Source of the DNA: Chloroflexi bacterium GWB2_49_20 | GTDB lineage: Bacteria > Chloroflexota > Anaerolineae > Anaerolineales > Villigracilaceae | Direction of reading: 5' to 3' | Length of the DNA stretch: 32,000 bases | NCBI GenBank assembly: GCA_001796335.1 | Contig: MGMF01000001.1 | Span: 358,657 to 390,656 of the forward strand | In this document: in pieces, positions 15,220 through 25,600 of the stretch | Layout of the letters: each line of letters begins with the position of its first letter | Position numbering within the stretch: the stretch's first letter is position 1 | Program-made: the position numbers and the translations under genes | Notes under the pieces: model-generated | The model's database searches: none | The model's input: the letters and a program-made list of their open reading frames with translations, nothing else | What the model was told of the DNA's origin: nothing

Positions 15220-16221
15220 ATGATTTTGGTAACCGGTGCAACCGGTCACATCGGGAATGTACTTATCAGGCAGCTTCTGGACAAAGGCGAAAAAGTGCGC
15301 GCTCTGGTCTGGAAAGGGGAAGACACCACCTCGATCCGGGATTTGCAGATTGAAACCATTGAAGGTGATGTGCTTGACCTGCGAAGTCTGAAACCTGCCT
15401 TTAAAGGAGTGGATGTCGTCTATCATTTGGCGGGTGTCATCTCCATTATGCCCGGTCATAACCCTTTTGTCTGGGATGTCAACGTTCAGGGCACACGCAA
15501 TGTATTGCAAATAGCCCGGCAGGAAGGTATCCGTCGCCTGGTCTATACCAGCTCGATTCACGCCATTGCACGCGCCCCTCATGGTGTGCAAATAGATGAA
15601 TCTCTGCCTTTTGATATAAACAATCCCTACGGAGCTTACGACCGTTCAAAAGCAGAAGCCTCGCTCGAGGTTCAAGAAGCCAGCCTGGCAGGATTGGATG
15701 CCGTCATTGTATGTCCGACTGGAGTGATCGGACCTTATGATTTCCGTCGCTCCGAAATGGGTAATGTCATTCTGGATGCTGCCCTGAGGAAAACCACCCT
15801 GTATGTGGATGGAGCTTATGATTTCGTGGATGTGCGCGATGTAGCCGATGGGTTGATTAAAGCCAGCGAGCATGGCCGCAAAGGCGAGAACTATATTCTC
15901 TCCGGACAGAAGATCTCTGTCCGATATTTGCTTGAAACCGTGCGGGAAGTGACAGGTTATGCCTTCCCAAAGTTCAAGATCCCATTCAGACTGGCAGAGA
16001 TCGCATCCCATTTTACGCCGGCTTTCTACATTTGGCGTAAAACCAAACCCAAGTTTACCCCCTACTCGTTGGAAGTGTTGCAGAGTAATTCAGATATAAG
16101 TCACGTTAAGGCTTCCCGGGAGTTGGGTTACACTCCCCGCCCAATATACGCCAGCATCACCGATACCGTGCGCTGGTTCCTGGAAAATTACATCCTGCTG
16201 TTTGCTAAAAAAGGCACTTGA
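15220..16221 (+). CDS. NAD(P)-dependent epimerase/dehydratase (extended SDR; dihydroflavonol-reductase/HpnA-like)
   Basis: The ATG at 15220 follows GAGGAG. ILVTGATGHIGN Rossmann motif. Catalytic YDRSK (YxxxK). 333 aa. Confidence 0.85.
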   Translation: MILVTGATGHIGNVLIRQLLDKGEKVRALVWKGEDTTSIRDLQIETIEGDVLDLRSLKPAFKGVDVVYHLAGVISIMPGHNPFVWDVNVQGTRNVLQIARQEGIRRLVYTSSIHAIARAPHGVQIDESLPFDINNPYGAYDRSKAEASLEVQEASLAGLDAVIVCPTGVIGPYDFRRSEMGNVILDAALRKTTLYVDGAYDFVDVRDVADGLIKASEHGRKGENYILSGQKISVRYLLETVREVTGYAFPKFKIPFRLAEIASHFTPAFYIWRKTKPKFTPYSLEVLQSNSDISHVKASRELGYTPRPIYASITDTVRWFLENYILLFAKKGT

Positions 16222-16417
16222 CGGGTGGCAGACACCTGCCTACCGAAAACATGGGGGTGACTGAAGTTAAAGTGGCTCAACGGATCCGGGATCTCGTTCG
16301 GCGGCCACGCAAAATAATTAATATACCGGGGATTCTGCGGATTACACCCTGGGTGGAATTGATATTTGGCTGGCTGATTGACAGGCTGGGGGCGTTGTTA
16401 TTAAAATACCGTACCCG

Positions 16418-17398
16418 TTAGCCGCCAATCTGGTTCATGACCCGGTTGCGGGCGATGACCCCATTCGCCAGTCCATGACCCCAGGGCTTGTTCCAAACCG
16501 CATCCAGGATCAGGTTTCTCAACTCAAGTTCACTGGTGCCTGTCCGTAAAGGGGATAACAGGTCAATTTCATGATCCCTTAAAAGACACATTCTAAGAAC
16601 ACCCTCCGCTGTCAGCCGGGCGCGTGTGCAGTTTGAGCAGAACGGTTGGGATACCGAGGAGATAAAGCCAAGATCTCCTTTTGCGCCCGGAATATGGAAA
16701 ACACGCGCCTCTCCATCCAGTTGCCCTGCATTGACAGCTTCCAATGGCCCAAAAGCTGCCTCCACCCGTACCTGGATCTGGGCTGCATTTATGACCTGGC
16801 TTAATTGAAAATCAGTTGCACCCCCAAATGGCATCATTTCTATGAAGCGCACCTGCCAGGGATTGGTAATTGTCAGGCGAGCCAGATCCACCACTTCGTC
16901 TTCGTTATAGCCGCCCACAACGACCGCATTGATCTTGACCGGGGTCAGACCGGCTTCTTCAGCCGCCAATATACCTTCCCAGACATCTTCCATGTCACCC
17001 CAGCGTGTCAGTCTTTTGAAGCGTGCAGGGTTCAGGCTATCCAAACTGATATTAACCCTCTTCAACCCGGCCTTAGCCAGGGGTTTGGCCAGGCGCGGAA
17101 GCAAGACACCGTTGGTAGTCATTGTCACGGTATCGATACCAGGGGTGGCAACAATCCCCCGCACAATTTCAACCAAATTAGCCCGGACGGTTGGCTCTCC
17201 CCCCGTCAAGCGGATCTTGTTAAAACCCAGCCTGGCAAACATTTGCGTAAAAAACAGGATCTCATCATCCTGCATTAATTCAGCATTTGGCCGAAAGGTC
17301 ATATCTTCGGGCATGCAATACAGGCAGCGCAAGTTGCAATGATCCGTCAGACTGATGCGCAGATATTGAATTTTTCTTCCAAAACGATCAAACGCCAT
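16418..17398 (-). CDS. moaA: GTP 3',8-cyclase MoaA (radical SAM, molybdopterin/tungstopterin biosynthesis)
   Basis: 326 aa. LRISLTDHCNLRCLYCMP (CX3CX2C). A C-terminal cluster CSNCTRARLTAEG. Ends in GG. Confidence 0.95.
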   Translation of the reverse strand: MAFDRFGRKIQYLRISLTDHCNLRCLYCMPEDMTFRPNAELMQDDEILFFTQMFARLGFNKIRLTGGEPTVRANLVEIVRGIVATPGIDTVTMTTNGVLLPRLAKPLAKAGLKRVNISLDSLNPARFKRLTRWGDMEDVWEGILAAEEAGLTPVKINAVVVGGYNEDEVVDLARLTITNPWQVRFIEMMPFGGATDFQLSQVINAAQIQVRVEAAFGPLEAVNAGQLDGEARVFHIPGAKGDLGFISSVSQPFCSNCTRARLTAEGVLRMCLLRDHEIDLLSPLRTGTSELELRNLILDAVWNKPWGHGLANGVIARNRVMNQIGG

Positions 17399-17437
17399 AG
17401 TGCCTCAGTTTTACCGCTAAATACGTACCAGTTCATC

Positions 17438-17465
17438 ATTATATCAACAATAACCTACCCGGCAA
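17438..17465 (-). promoter_or_regulatory. candidate moaA promoter (TTGCCG-16-TGaTATAAT)
   Basis: On the minus strand, -35 ttgccg is the complement of 17460-17465, and the extended -10 tgatataat is the complement of 17438-17446. It lies about 40 nt upstream of the ATG. Confidence 0.45.
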
Positions 17466-17646
17466 TTGCACTCCCAAGGTTTTAACTTAGTTTGAAAACC
17501 TTAGGTTCACAAATATGGAATCTCCTTCAGTGATTGTGAAAACGAGAATATCGGGGGTCCAGAGGGCATTTCCGCCTCCCGCCAAACCCCAATATTGTTC
17601 AAGTATATCCAGTTTTCTCAGGCTCAATAAAATTCATAGAACCTAT

Positions 17647-17675
17647 TTGACTAAGTCTGTCAGGCGTGCTATTAT
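17647..17675 (+). promoter_or_regulatory. candidate promoter TTGACT-17-TATTAT for the yacL-like/cysS unit
   Basis: ttgact at 17647-17652, a 17-nt spacer, tattat at 17670-17675, 48 nt before the ATG at 17723. Confidence 0.5.
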
Positions 17676-17722
17676 CGAGATGAATTTATTGGTTTTTTTT
17701 ATTTGAAAGGAGCAATTATTCT

Positions 17723-18778
17723 ATGAGCGCTGATTTTATCGCCCGCCTTGCCGGGATGGTTTTCTTTGCCGTCCTTGGGGGAGTATATGGCTTCAAGCTT
17801 GGAGAGTTTAGTGAAAACCAGATCATTCTCTACACCAGTACCCTCATTTTAGTCGGGGCATTGGTCGGGCTTGTACTTACGCCTTATTTCACCACCCGCC
17901 CCATGCGATTCATCCGTACCCAGTTGACCCGCCTCTCAGCCGAGGCCTTGTTGGCCAGCCTGGCAGGTTTGATCTCAGGACTACTGATCGCAGCCCTGCT
18001 GGCATTTCCCCTATCCTTGCTTCCCAAGCCCTTCGGTGAGGTGCTGCCTTTCGCAGGCGTGATCATCTTTGTTTATTTTGGTGTGGCATTATTCTCCATG
18101 CGCCAGAATGACATTTCCAATCTTGTTGGGGGACTGGGCTCAAAGCGCGAAGGTGGCGGTGCTTCGGGCTGGCAACAGGTCAACCGCACCATCCTGCTGG
18201 ATACCAGCGTGATCATTGATGGGCGCGTGGCAGATATTGCCAAAACCGGCTTCCTGCCCGGCACATTGTTGATCCCGCGCTTTGTCCTGAATGAACTTCA
18301 GTATATTGCTGACTCATCCGACAGCTTGCGCAGACAGCGCGGGCGGCGCGGGATGGAAGTTCTGGCTGAATTGCAGAAAGGCTCTTCCGTGGCTGTCCGC
18401 ATCAGCGATATTGATGTTGACGGTGTGCGCGAAGTGGATGACAAGCTCGTCATCCTGGCGCGCCAGATGAAATGTCCGATCCTCACCAATGACTACAACC
18501 TCAACCGCATTGCAGAATTGCAGGGTGTCACCATCCTCAATATCAATGAGCTGGCTAATTCCGTCAAATCCGTGGTTCTTCCAGGTGAAGTATTGCTGAT
18601 CAACGTGATCCAGGAGGGCAAGGAATTTGCCCAGGGTGTGGGATATATGGAAGATGGCACCATGGTCGTGGTTGAGAACGGTAACAAATACCTCCACCAG
18701 GAGATCCATGTTTCCGTCACCAAGGTACTACAAACCGCCGCCGGCAGGATGATCTTCGCCAAACCAGAAAGTGGTTGA
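17723..18778 (+). CDS. yacL: membrane-anchored PIN/TRAM-domain protein (YacL-like)
   Basis: 351 aa. Four N-terminal hydrophobic helices. PIN signature [12 protein letters not shown]...LNELQ. C-terminal TRAM-like [35 protein letters not shown]. Its position upstream of cysS matches Bacillus. Confidence 0.85.
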   Translation: MSADFIARLAGMVFFAVLGGVYGFKLGEFSENQIILYTSTLILVGALVGLVLTPYFTTRPMRFIRTQLTRLSAEALLASLAGLISGLLIAALLAFPLSLLPKPFGEVLPFAGVIIFVYFGVALFSMRQNDISNLVGGLGSKREGGGASGWQQVNRTILLDTSVIIDGRVADIAKTGFLPGTLLIPRFVLNELQYIADSSDSLRRQRGRRGMEVLAELQKGSSVAVRISDIDVDGVREVDDKLVILARQMKCPILTNDYNLNRIAELQGVTILNINELANSVKSVVLPGEVLLINVIQEGKEFAQGVGYMEDGTMVVVENGNKYLHQEIHVSVTKVLQTAAGRMIFAKPESG

Positions 18779-18792
18779 TCCAGGAGATCAGA

Positions 18793-20193
18793 ATGATCCG
18801 TGTTTACAATACCCTCACACACAAAAAAGAGGAGTTTCAACCGCTTGAACCCGGAGTGGTCAAGTTGTACGTGTGCGGCCCCACTGTCTACAGTGATGCC
18901 CATGTCGGTCATGCCATGTCTGCCCTGGTCTTTGACATCATCCGCCGCTACTTTGAGTATCGAGGCTACCAGGTTGTGCATGTCATGAATTTCACCGACG
19001 TGGATGACAAGATCATCAATCGCGCCAATCAGATGAAAGTCGACCCTTTTGAATTGGCTGAAGGCTACATCCGCGATTTTAAAGAACATCTGGAAGATTT
19101 GAACATTCTACCTGCCACTCTCAACCCGCGTGCCACCCAGACCATGGACAAGATCCAGGCCATGATCCAGGGTTTGATCGACAAGGGTTATGCCTACGCT
19201 GCCTCCAATGGAGACGTATATTTTCGGGTTACCAAGGATGCTGATTACGGCAAGCTTTCCGGCCGCAAACTGGACGATATGCAAGCCGGCTCCCGCATCG
19301 AAGTGGAAGAGCTGAAAGAACACCCCATGGATTTTGCGCTGTGGAAATCCGCCAAACCGGGTGAACCCGCCTGGGACAGTCCCTGGGGGTCGGGGCGTCC
19401 CGGCTGGCACATCGAGTGCTCAGCCATGAATCTGCACGTTCTGGGTGAGCAGATCGACATCCACGGCGGTGGCAACGACCTGATCTTCCCACACCACGAA
19501 AACGAGATCGCCCAATCTGAAAGTTTCACCGGCAAACCTTTTGCGCGCTACTGGCTGCACAATGGCATGCTGCAACTCAGCGGCGAGAAGATGTCCAAAT
19601 CCCTGGGTAACCTCATCACCATTACAGAATTTTTGGAAAAACATGACGGTGACGCCATGCGCATGCTGGTATTGAATGGTAATTACCGCAGCCCGCTTTC
19701 TTTTACCGAAGAGAGCATCTCGGCTGCTGAACAAGGTCTCAACCGACTGCGCACCTCCCTCAAACCCGCCACTACCGGCGTCACAGGTGTTACTGCTGAA
19801 ATGGAAAAATCCCTGGCAGACCTGGCTGAAATCACCCGCAAAACCTTTACCGAATCCATGGACGATGACATCAATACTTCCGGTGCTTTGGGCGGCATTT
19901 TCGAACTGGTGCGCCAGGTCAACACAGCCCGCGATGCTGGCGCCACTGACAAACAGCTCGCGTCTGCCCAAAATGCCCTGCGTGAATTGAGCGCTGTGCT
20001 CGGCCTGCGCATGGAATCCACCCGCACAGGCGGCGACGCCGATAAATTTGTGGACCTGCTGGTCGAACTTCGCACCGAACTACGGTCACAGAAATTTTGG
20101 GCACTCTCCGACCTGCTGCGCGACCGTCTCAAGACCCTCGGAGTCAGCATCGAGGACAGCAAAGCCGGGGGCACAACCTGGAAGTGGGATTAA
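18793..20193 (+). CDS. cysS: cysteine--tRNA ligase
   Basis: The ATG at 18793 follows AGGAGA; the track ORF begins at a TTG (18775). HIGH-type motif HVGHA, KMSKS motif, and a conserved CGPTVY start. Confidence 0.95.
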   Translation: MIRVYNTLTHKKEEFQPLEPGVVKLYVCGPTVYSDAHVGHAMSALVFDIIRRYFEYRGYQVVHVMNFTDVDDKIINRANQMKVDPFELAEGYIRDFKEHLEDLNILPATLNPRATQTMDKIQAMIQGLIDKGYAYAASNGDVYFRVTKDADYGKLSGRKLDDMQAGSRIEVEELKEHPMDFALWKSAKPGEPAWDSPWGSGRPGWHIECSAMNLHVLGEQIDIHGGGNDLIFPHHENEIAQSESFTGKPFARYWLHNGMLQLSGEKMSKSLGNLITITEFLEKHDGDAMRMLVLNGNYRSPLSFTEESISAAEQGLNRLRTSLKPATTGVTGVTAEMEKSLADLAEITRKTFTESMDDDINTSGALGGIFELVRQVNTARDAGATDKQLASAQNALRELSAVLGLRMESTRTGGDADKFVDLLVELRTELRSQKFWALSDLLRDRLKTLGVSIEDSKAGGTTWKWD

Positions 20194-20416
20194 CCTCCCC
20201 ATTCATCCAAATTCTATAAATTTCCGGATGGGCGATTCATAGATTGGTGGAATCAATGCGTCAAATACTGTTTGAGATTGAAGTTGTTTATTAACAAATC
20301 GGCCCCTTTTGAACCACTCTAACTTATTAAAATCCAATCTGTCAGATATCTTATTTAACACTCTTATTCTTGCAATTCCATTAGTTACTCAGTCATCGTT
20401 AGTTCACTAATGCCTT

Positions 20417-21226
20417 TCAAAACAAAGTCTTTGTTACCCTCATTACACCAGCAATTAAATCATCAACATGTTCCAATGTTGGCTCTATTTTCTTGTTGTG
20501 GTCGCATAAGTTACGGATATCTGCTAGATGTTGAATTTGACGCCACTGCGGGATATCAACGACGCTCGAATCCTTTAACTTATCATTCAAATCACCAATA
20601 CCAGGTCCTTTTTTTGTAATCTTTATTCTATGGTTGTCGCACACTTGTGCGAGGTGTCGCTCGAGAACTACACCCGCGAGGGCGCCTGCTGCACGTGTGA
20701 ACTTGTTCTTGCCCAACTCTCTCGCTGCGTCTAGTTCTGAATCGAATAGGTCCCCTTGTACAAGTTGGCGGATATCAAAGAGAGAACTCTCGAACCTTGA
20801 TTTCACTGATTGCAATATCGCTTGTTGCTGTATGAAAAGTGGTATTGCAGCGTCAGGTCCCACAACCTTTTCATTGTTTCGTTGGCGAGTGACTGTTACC
20901 CCTTGAAGGTTATCCTCAATACTATAATTCTCATACGTAATGTCCTTGCGTGTTTTAGGCTTCTCGTAAAGGCGGACAAAATCCGAAAGTCTTTCTGGTA
21001 GCAATTGTTTGATTAGCATTTTTGCTTCGGAGTACCAGGACTGATATTTTTTTTTGAAGGAAGGAATGTCTTTTATGAAATCTTCCGCCATATCGCCGAG
21101 TTCTTTCTTAACTTCCCGTTTAAATTCACCAGGAACACACTCTAAATTCAAAGCATTCTCCAACTGCCTCCCTTCTGCGATTAAAGCGTCAAGATCTTTC
21201 TTATATCGGTCTAAATTCGATAACAT
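20417..21226 (-). CDS. hypothetical protein: N-terminal coiled-coil region plus a C-terminal HEPN-like domain (Rx4H)
   Basis: The ATG at 21226 is preceded by AAGGAG; the track ORF starts 27 nt earlier at a non-ATG codon. 269 aa. The C-terminal helical unit AAGALAGVVLERHLAQVC...LNDKLK...WRQIQHLADIRNLCDHNK contains R-N-L-C-D-H, an Rx4H motif as in HEPN RNases. Confidence 0.65.
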   Translation of the reverse strand: MLSNLDRYKKDLDALIAEGRQLENALNLECVPGEFKREVKKELGDMAEDFIKDIPSFKKKYQSWYSEAKMLIKQLLPERLSDFVRLYEKPKTRKDITYENYSIEDNLQGVTVTRQRNNEKVVGPDAAIPLFIQQQAILQSVKSRFESSLFDIRQLVQGDLFDSELDAARELGKNKFTRAAGALAGVVLERHLAQVCDNHRIKITKKGPGIGDLNDKLKDSSVVDIPQWRQIQHLADIRNLCDHNKKIEPTLEHVDDLIAGVMRVTKTLF

Positions 21227-21354
21227 ATTTGCTCCTTTTTTCTCCCTAAGCACAATTAAAGACTGTTGAATCTAGTCTGTCAGATTCCTTATCGTATTGA
21301 TATACATATTCTTAGAATCTCTTAATTTGACGGCTTAGACATTCGGGTAACTTG

Positions 21355-22245
21355 TCATCTTTGATTTGATTGTTCGGAAATTACTTTCTCTAACCGTTCC
21401 TTCACCCTTCTTTTTTTCTGATCGTCTCTATTCTTTACGCGTTTTATAACCAATTCCACTGTTTCGATTATGGAATCAACCGATTCTACAGCAGCTAACC
21501 CAGAGTTTTCTTCAAAAATTATCCGTGCTTGTTGTGTTTGCTGGCTTATAGCTATATCCTTGTAAGGTACGTATGATTTAACCATTCCAATTAAGTTAGC
21601 ATTACCTATATTACTTGTCCCTTGTATTGCCACCGATGCAGGGCAAAGGATAACAGGATTCCCAGAATTACCTGGGAATACAGGTGCATCAATTAGAAAT
21701 TCATTTGTTCGATTTTCAAGGAAATCTCGAACTCTCGCTAAACATCCTGCTCGGCATATAACATATTGTCGTTCTTTTGCAACAAGTCCAATTGGGAAAC
21801 CGAGCACGAAGATAGGATCCCCTTCTGTTATTCCGTTAGCGATCATCTTCTCTTTATTCAAAATATGTTCATCGGATCGAAAGTATTCAAAAATACTTCC
21901 TTCAGCTTTTAGAAACGCTGGATTTAATAACATTGCTGCAACATCAACAGTAATTGATGGATGACCAATCCAAATTGGTCGTCCATTTCTTGAAATAAGT
22001 GGAATCTTGTAGTCTTTGCTTTTTGGGTCTTGGGCAGAATTGAACTTGATATAAGCCACTTTGAGATTAATAAGCACATGTTTATTTGTGATGAGTAAAA
22101 TTTGATAACGCTTTTTATTATCTGGTAATTCATCTAAAAATCTGCCTAATAGAAATCCCGTACCAATCCAATGCCTCTCGTTAGGGTCATCGCCAACACC
22201 GATTGCGACAACTGTATTCAAAAAAAAGGGGGGGATAAGTGCCAT
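21355..22245 (-). CDS. trypsin-fold (S1/Trypsin_2-like) serine protease
   Basis: The ATG at 22245 is preceded by AAGGAGA; the upstream TTG at 22347 has no RBS. 296 aa. Putative triad elements: His in LITNKHVL, Asp in TVDVAAMLL, Ser in PGNSGNPVIL. Basic helical C-terminal tail (KRVKNRDDQKKRRVKERLEK). Confidence 0.8.
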   Translation of the reverse strand: MALIPPFFLNTVVAIGVGDDPNERHWIGTGFLLGRFLDELPDNKKRYQILLITNKHVLINLKVAYIKFNSAQDPKSKDYKIPLISRNGRPIWIGHPSITVDVAAMLLNPAFLKAEGSIFEYFRSDEHILNKEKMIANGITEGDPIFVLGFPIGLVAKERQYVICRAGCLARVRDFLENRTNEFLIDAPVFPGNSGNPVILCPASVAIQGTSNIGNANLIGMVKSYVPYKDIAISQQTQQARIIFEENSGLAAVESVDSIIETVELVIKRVKNRDDQKKRRVKERLEKVISEQSNQR

Positions 22246-22356
22246 GATTTCTCCTTCTTGAACTGTTTTCCTCAGTAGACATTGAAGTGACAATTCCAAA
22301 TTTTTACAATCATCTTTGAAAAGTGGTCGCTTCTTTATAGTTCTCAATAAATATTC

Positions 22357-22677
22357 TTATATTTTCATGAACCATTCAAGATTTCCCCAAACATTATCCT
22401 GCAAAAAAACTTTAAAATGAGTTTTGATACCTGGAAGTTCACTGGTTGAAATTGAAATAAATACTTCCCCGGAAAGATCGTCATCCAATCTCAACAGATG
22501 TGTTTTGTTGTCTAATTCTGGTTTATATCCATCTACTGTCAAGAACACTTCGAACTTTTTACGGTTATCGGAGTTTTGCGCATCAATCAAAGTTATAGTC
22601 ACCGAGCAATTTGATAATAGCAATTTACTGCTTTTATCTAATAGTTTTCCCTGGACTTTCTTAGTTGTTCGTCTCAT
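22357..22677 (-). CDS. hypothetical 106-aa protein, translationally coupled to the RM-like gene
   Basis: The ATG (22677-22675) overlaps the TGA (22676-22674) of the upstream gene as ATGA. The sequence looks beta-rich (VTITLIDA..FEVFLTVDGYKPEL..EVFISISTS..HFKVFLQ). No motif recognised. Confidence 0.65.
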   Translation of the reverse strand: MRRTTKKVQGKLLDKSSKLLLSNCSVTITLIDAQNSDNRKKFEVFLTVDGYKPELDNKTHLLRLDDDLSGEVFISISTSELPGIKTHFKVFLQDNVWGNLEWFMKI

Positions 22678-25600
22678 TTCACCTCTCTCATTTCTTTTAC
22701 GATCTTCATCGTTTCCACACTGACTGCGCACACTCGACACAGCAGATCAATGACCTGTTCTTTGTAATCTTTGAACCTGTAAGTATTGAACTTCTCCGCA
22801 ATGGTGGGGGCTTTGGGTTTCTTTTCTTTGTAGCGCTCCAGAACCCATTCCAATGCCGAATACGTGCCTAAACGATATTCCCAGGCTTCGGCAGGTACAC
22901 CTTTCAACGTTGTGAACGTATCCACTTCGATAATGCCCGCATCCTTGCGCGCCATCAAGCGCGGGCTTAAGGCTTTGCGGGTTTCTTCAGCATTTAGATC
23001 CAGGCGTTCAAGTGGGTAGGCTGGCATGCTCTCGTAGTTGAGATGCAGATTCATCAGGCGCTTGCCCCGATCCGCCCATTTCCAGAAGTCCCCATAGAAC
23101 GGGATGCGCGGGAACTCGCGCTTGAGATTGATTTCATACTTGGCACGGTAGGCAGGATGGTGCAGGACGGCATACACGTAATGAAAAATATCTTCTTTCA
23201 CGATTTTCGCGTCTTTGTAGTGCTTCTGAAATTGGTTGAGCGCCCAATCGGTGATGTTCTCCACCCGTGAGACTTCCGAAGTCTCGGAGACTTCGGAAGT
23301 CTTCGACGCGCCTCTGTAACGGTAGAGCGGGAGACATTGAGAATCACCATTGAAATGTAAATCAGGAACAGCATTGACAGATAGAACATTGAATTGTCTG
23401 CCATTCATGTTGATACAAATCGCAAGGTTATCAGGCTTTTCTCCGATTTTGAAGAAGATAGGCTGTAGGTATGGACGATGGACAATCACCATATCATAAT
23501 AAAAAAAGCGTTTGACAAATGGGCGATACATTGCCGTAGTGATTTTCTTATTGCTGAATTCAAGATTTGTGCCCCGAATTAAATGCGCTTCAAGTTCACT
23601 TGTCCATTTGATAGAACGATCAACAAAATCATTAGTAGCTTTCCTCTTATCCGATAGAGCCCATCTATTCTTTTCATATTTGAATAAGTCAATAAAGTAT
23701 TTGATTTTGTTTTCCAAAAGATCAGGGCGTTCGTCATAAACCCATTCATCGCGATTTGTAGCCACACCTAAAGAATACATCTTGAAAATCGTTTTGGGTT
23801 CTTTCAACCCTTTTTTAGATTTGCCTTCTTTACTTGCAAGCGGAATATATTCTTCCCAATCATTTTCAGATAGGTTTATCCAGTTATTATTTTTATCAGG
23901 TCGAATCGGTTGGAACTTCAAATCAGTGAACTTGTTATCACGCAAATACGCTTTTTTCTCTTCGGCTTCAGCATAATCAGCAATCGCATTGTAGTAAATG
24001 CGACAACCTTTCAAACCTTTTTTGCGAACAAAGAAATATACAGCTACACCAACACGAATTTGGTCACTGAAAACATTCCCGCCCTCTTTACGTCTTTGCT
24101 CCCCGCTAATACGGGCATCTCCTTTCAAGTCAATGATGTGAATCTCATTGAATTCATTTGCCACAATTTTACGGAAACCATCATAACTGCGAGCATTAAG
24201 AAATGAATTATTTGAAACAAACGCAATCACACCGTCTTTATCTAAACGGTCACTCGCCCAGCGCAAAAAACGAGCATACATATCATAAAGTTTTGTTTTC
24301 TGCGCCGTGCTTTGCTTTACATATGTTTCTTTGATTCGTTTATCAATTTCAGGATATTCACGGTTCTTGTTATTCTCGTTCTCATTCAATTGATTGGCGT
24401 TATAGGGTGGGTTGCCAATCACAACCATAATTGGCTTGCTATTCTGCTTGACGATTCTTTCCGCATTTGCATCTGTCAAACCGAAAAAATTCAACTGCTT
24501 GCCACTATGCTCGAAACCCATATTATCCAGTGTATCCACAAAACAGATATTCTCGAACTCTTTGAACTTGCCCGTCTTTTGCTTGTAGGTATATTCAATG
24601 TTCAGGTTGGCGATGTAATACGGCAATATGGATACTTCGTTGCAGTGGATTTCATGCTCGTACTTGTATTCCAACTGCTGGGATGGCAGATATTCGATCA
24701 GTTCGGTAATAAAAGTGCCTGTGCCTGTCGCCGGGTCTAAAATTTCCACGCCCTTATCACCCAGCGTTTTTCCGAAATGCTTGTCCACCAAATGATCGGC
24801 GCTCTCGATCATAAAGCGCACGATCTCATCCGGTGTGTATACGATCCCCAGCCTGTCGGCTGCCTTCGGGTTATACGCTTTGTAAAAACTCTCGTACAAG
24901 GCCTTCAAGAATTTCTGCTTCTCGTGATGGTCGCTTATCTGTGACGCTTTTGCATTGATGGTCTCGTAATAGGGTGCCACCCTGGCATGGATGTTGCGTT
25001 TGGTCTCGCCGTGATAGAACGTCCCTGCCACTTCCTGCAATTTGCGCGCAATGATGTTCTCGCGGTGGAACTCGGCTTCGTCAAAGACGCGCATGAAAAT
25101 ATCTTCGGTCAGCACGTGCTGGATGATCATCTCGCGCACGTCTGCCAATTCGATATTGGGATTAATAGCCTTGCGTGCCAGCTCCAGGAACTCAGTTAAG
25201 GCAGTTTTGAATTGCAGGTTGTCAGCCAGCTGTTCTGTGATCACCCTTCGCAGGGTGTCTGCCAGACCGCCTACTTCGGCGCAGAATAATTCAATCGCCT
25301 TGCGGAATTCAACGACTTCGGCGGGTTGGTAACTGACAAAACGGGTCAGCAGGGCATCCAGGGCAGGCGCATTATTAAACGCGGTGCGCATGATTTCTTC
25401 GCCGCCCTGGTACAACACGGCCGTATGGGTATCTTCAAAAAGGATATTGAATGTTGGGTATCCCTTCGCGATCTTGGTGGCGATCTCGTCTTCTAAAAAA
25501 TCCTTCTCATCCTTGCTTTCCCAATACCCCCAATTCTGCCGCAACGCATCTTTAAAGACTCCATCCGGACGGATCCGGTTTCCCTTGCGGGATACCATTT

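Noticed and set aside
16218-16421. 67-aa ORF between the SDR gene and moaA
   Set aside because: It starts at a TTG overlapping the SDR stop, the internal ATG (16251) has no RBS, and it overlaps the moaA 3' end. It has an Arg-rich, unremarkable sequence with one hydrophobic helix. Not excluded, but unsupported.
17399-17600. Possible Moco riboswitch in the moaA 5' region, including the G/C-rich hairpin-like stretch at 17546-17592
   Set aside because: A good extended -10 promoter (17438-17446) sits only about 40 nt from the ATG, leaving no room for a ~130-nt Moco aptamer. I could not fold the upstream segment into the multi-stem Moco architecture or find its conserved blocks. An Infernal scan with RF01055 would settle it.
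20335-21295. Recurrent tctgtcagat-like palindrome (20337-20347, 21277-21289, also 17656-17663), considered as a regulatory or RM recognition motif
   Set aside because: The matches are 15 of 17 at best, and by my rough estimate about one such pair is expected by chance in 6 kb. There is no consistent position relative to genes.
22246-22347. N-terminal 34-aa extension of the protease (TTG start at 22347), and similar extensions of other track ORFs (25856, 21253, 22740, 13084, 8307, 2311, 15199, 18775)
   Set aside because: These extensions start at non-ATG codons without Shine-Dalgarno sequences. In every case an internal ATG is preceded by a strong AGGAG-type RBS and coincides with the start of the conserved domain.
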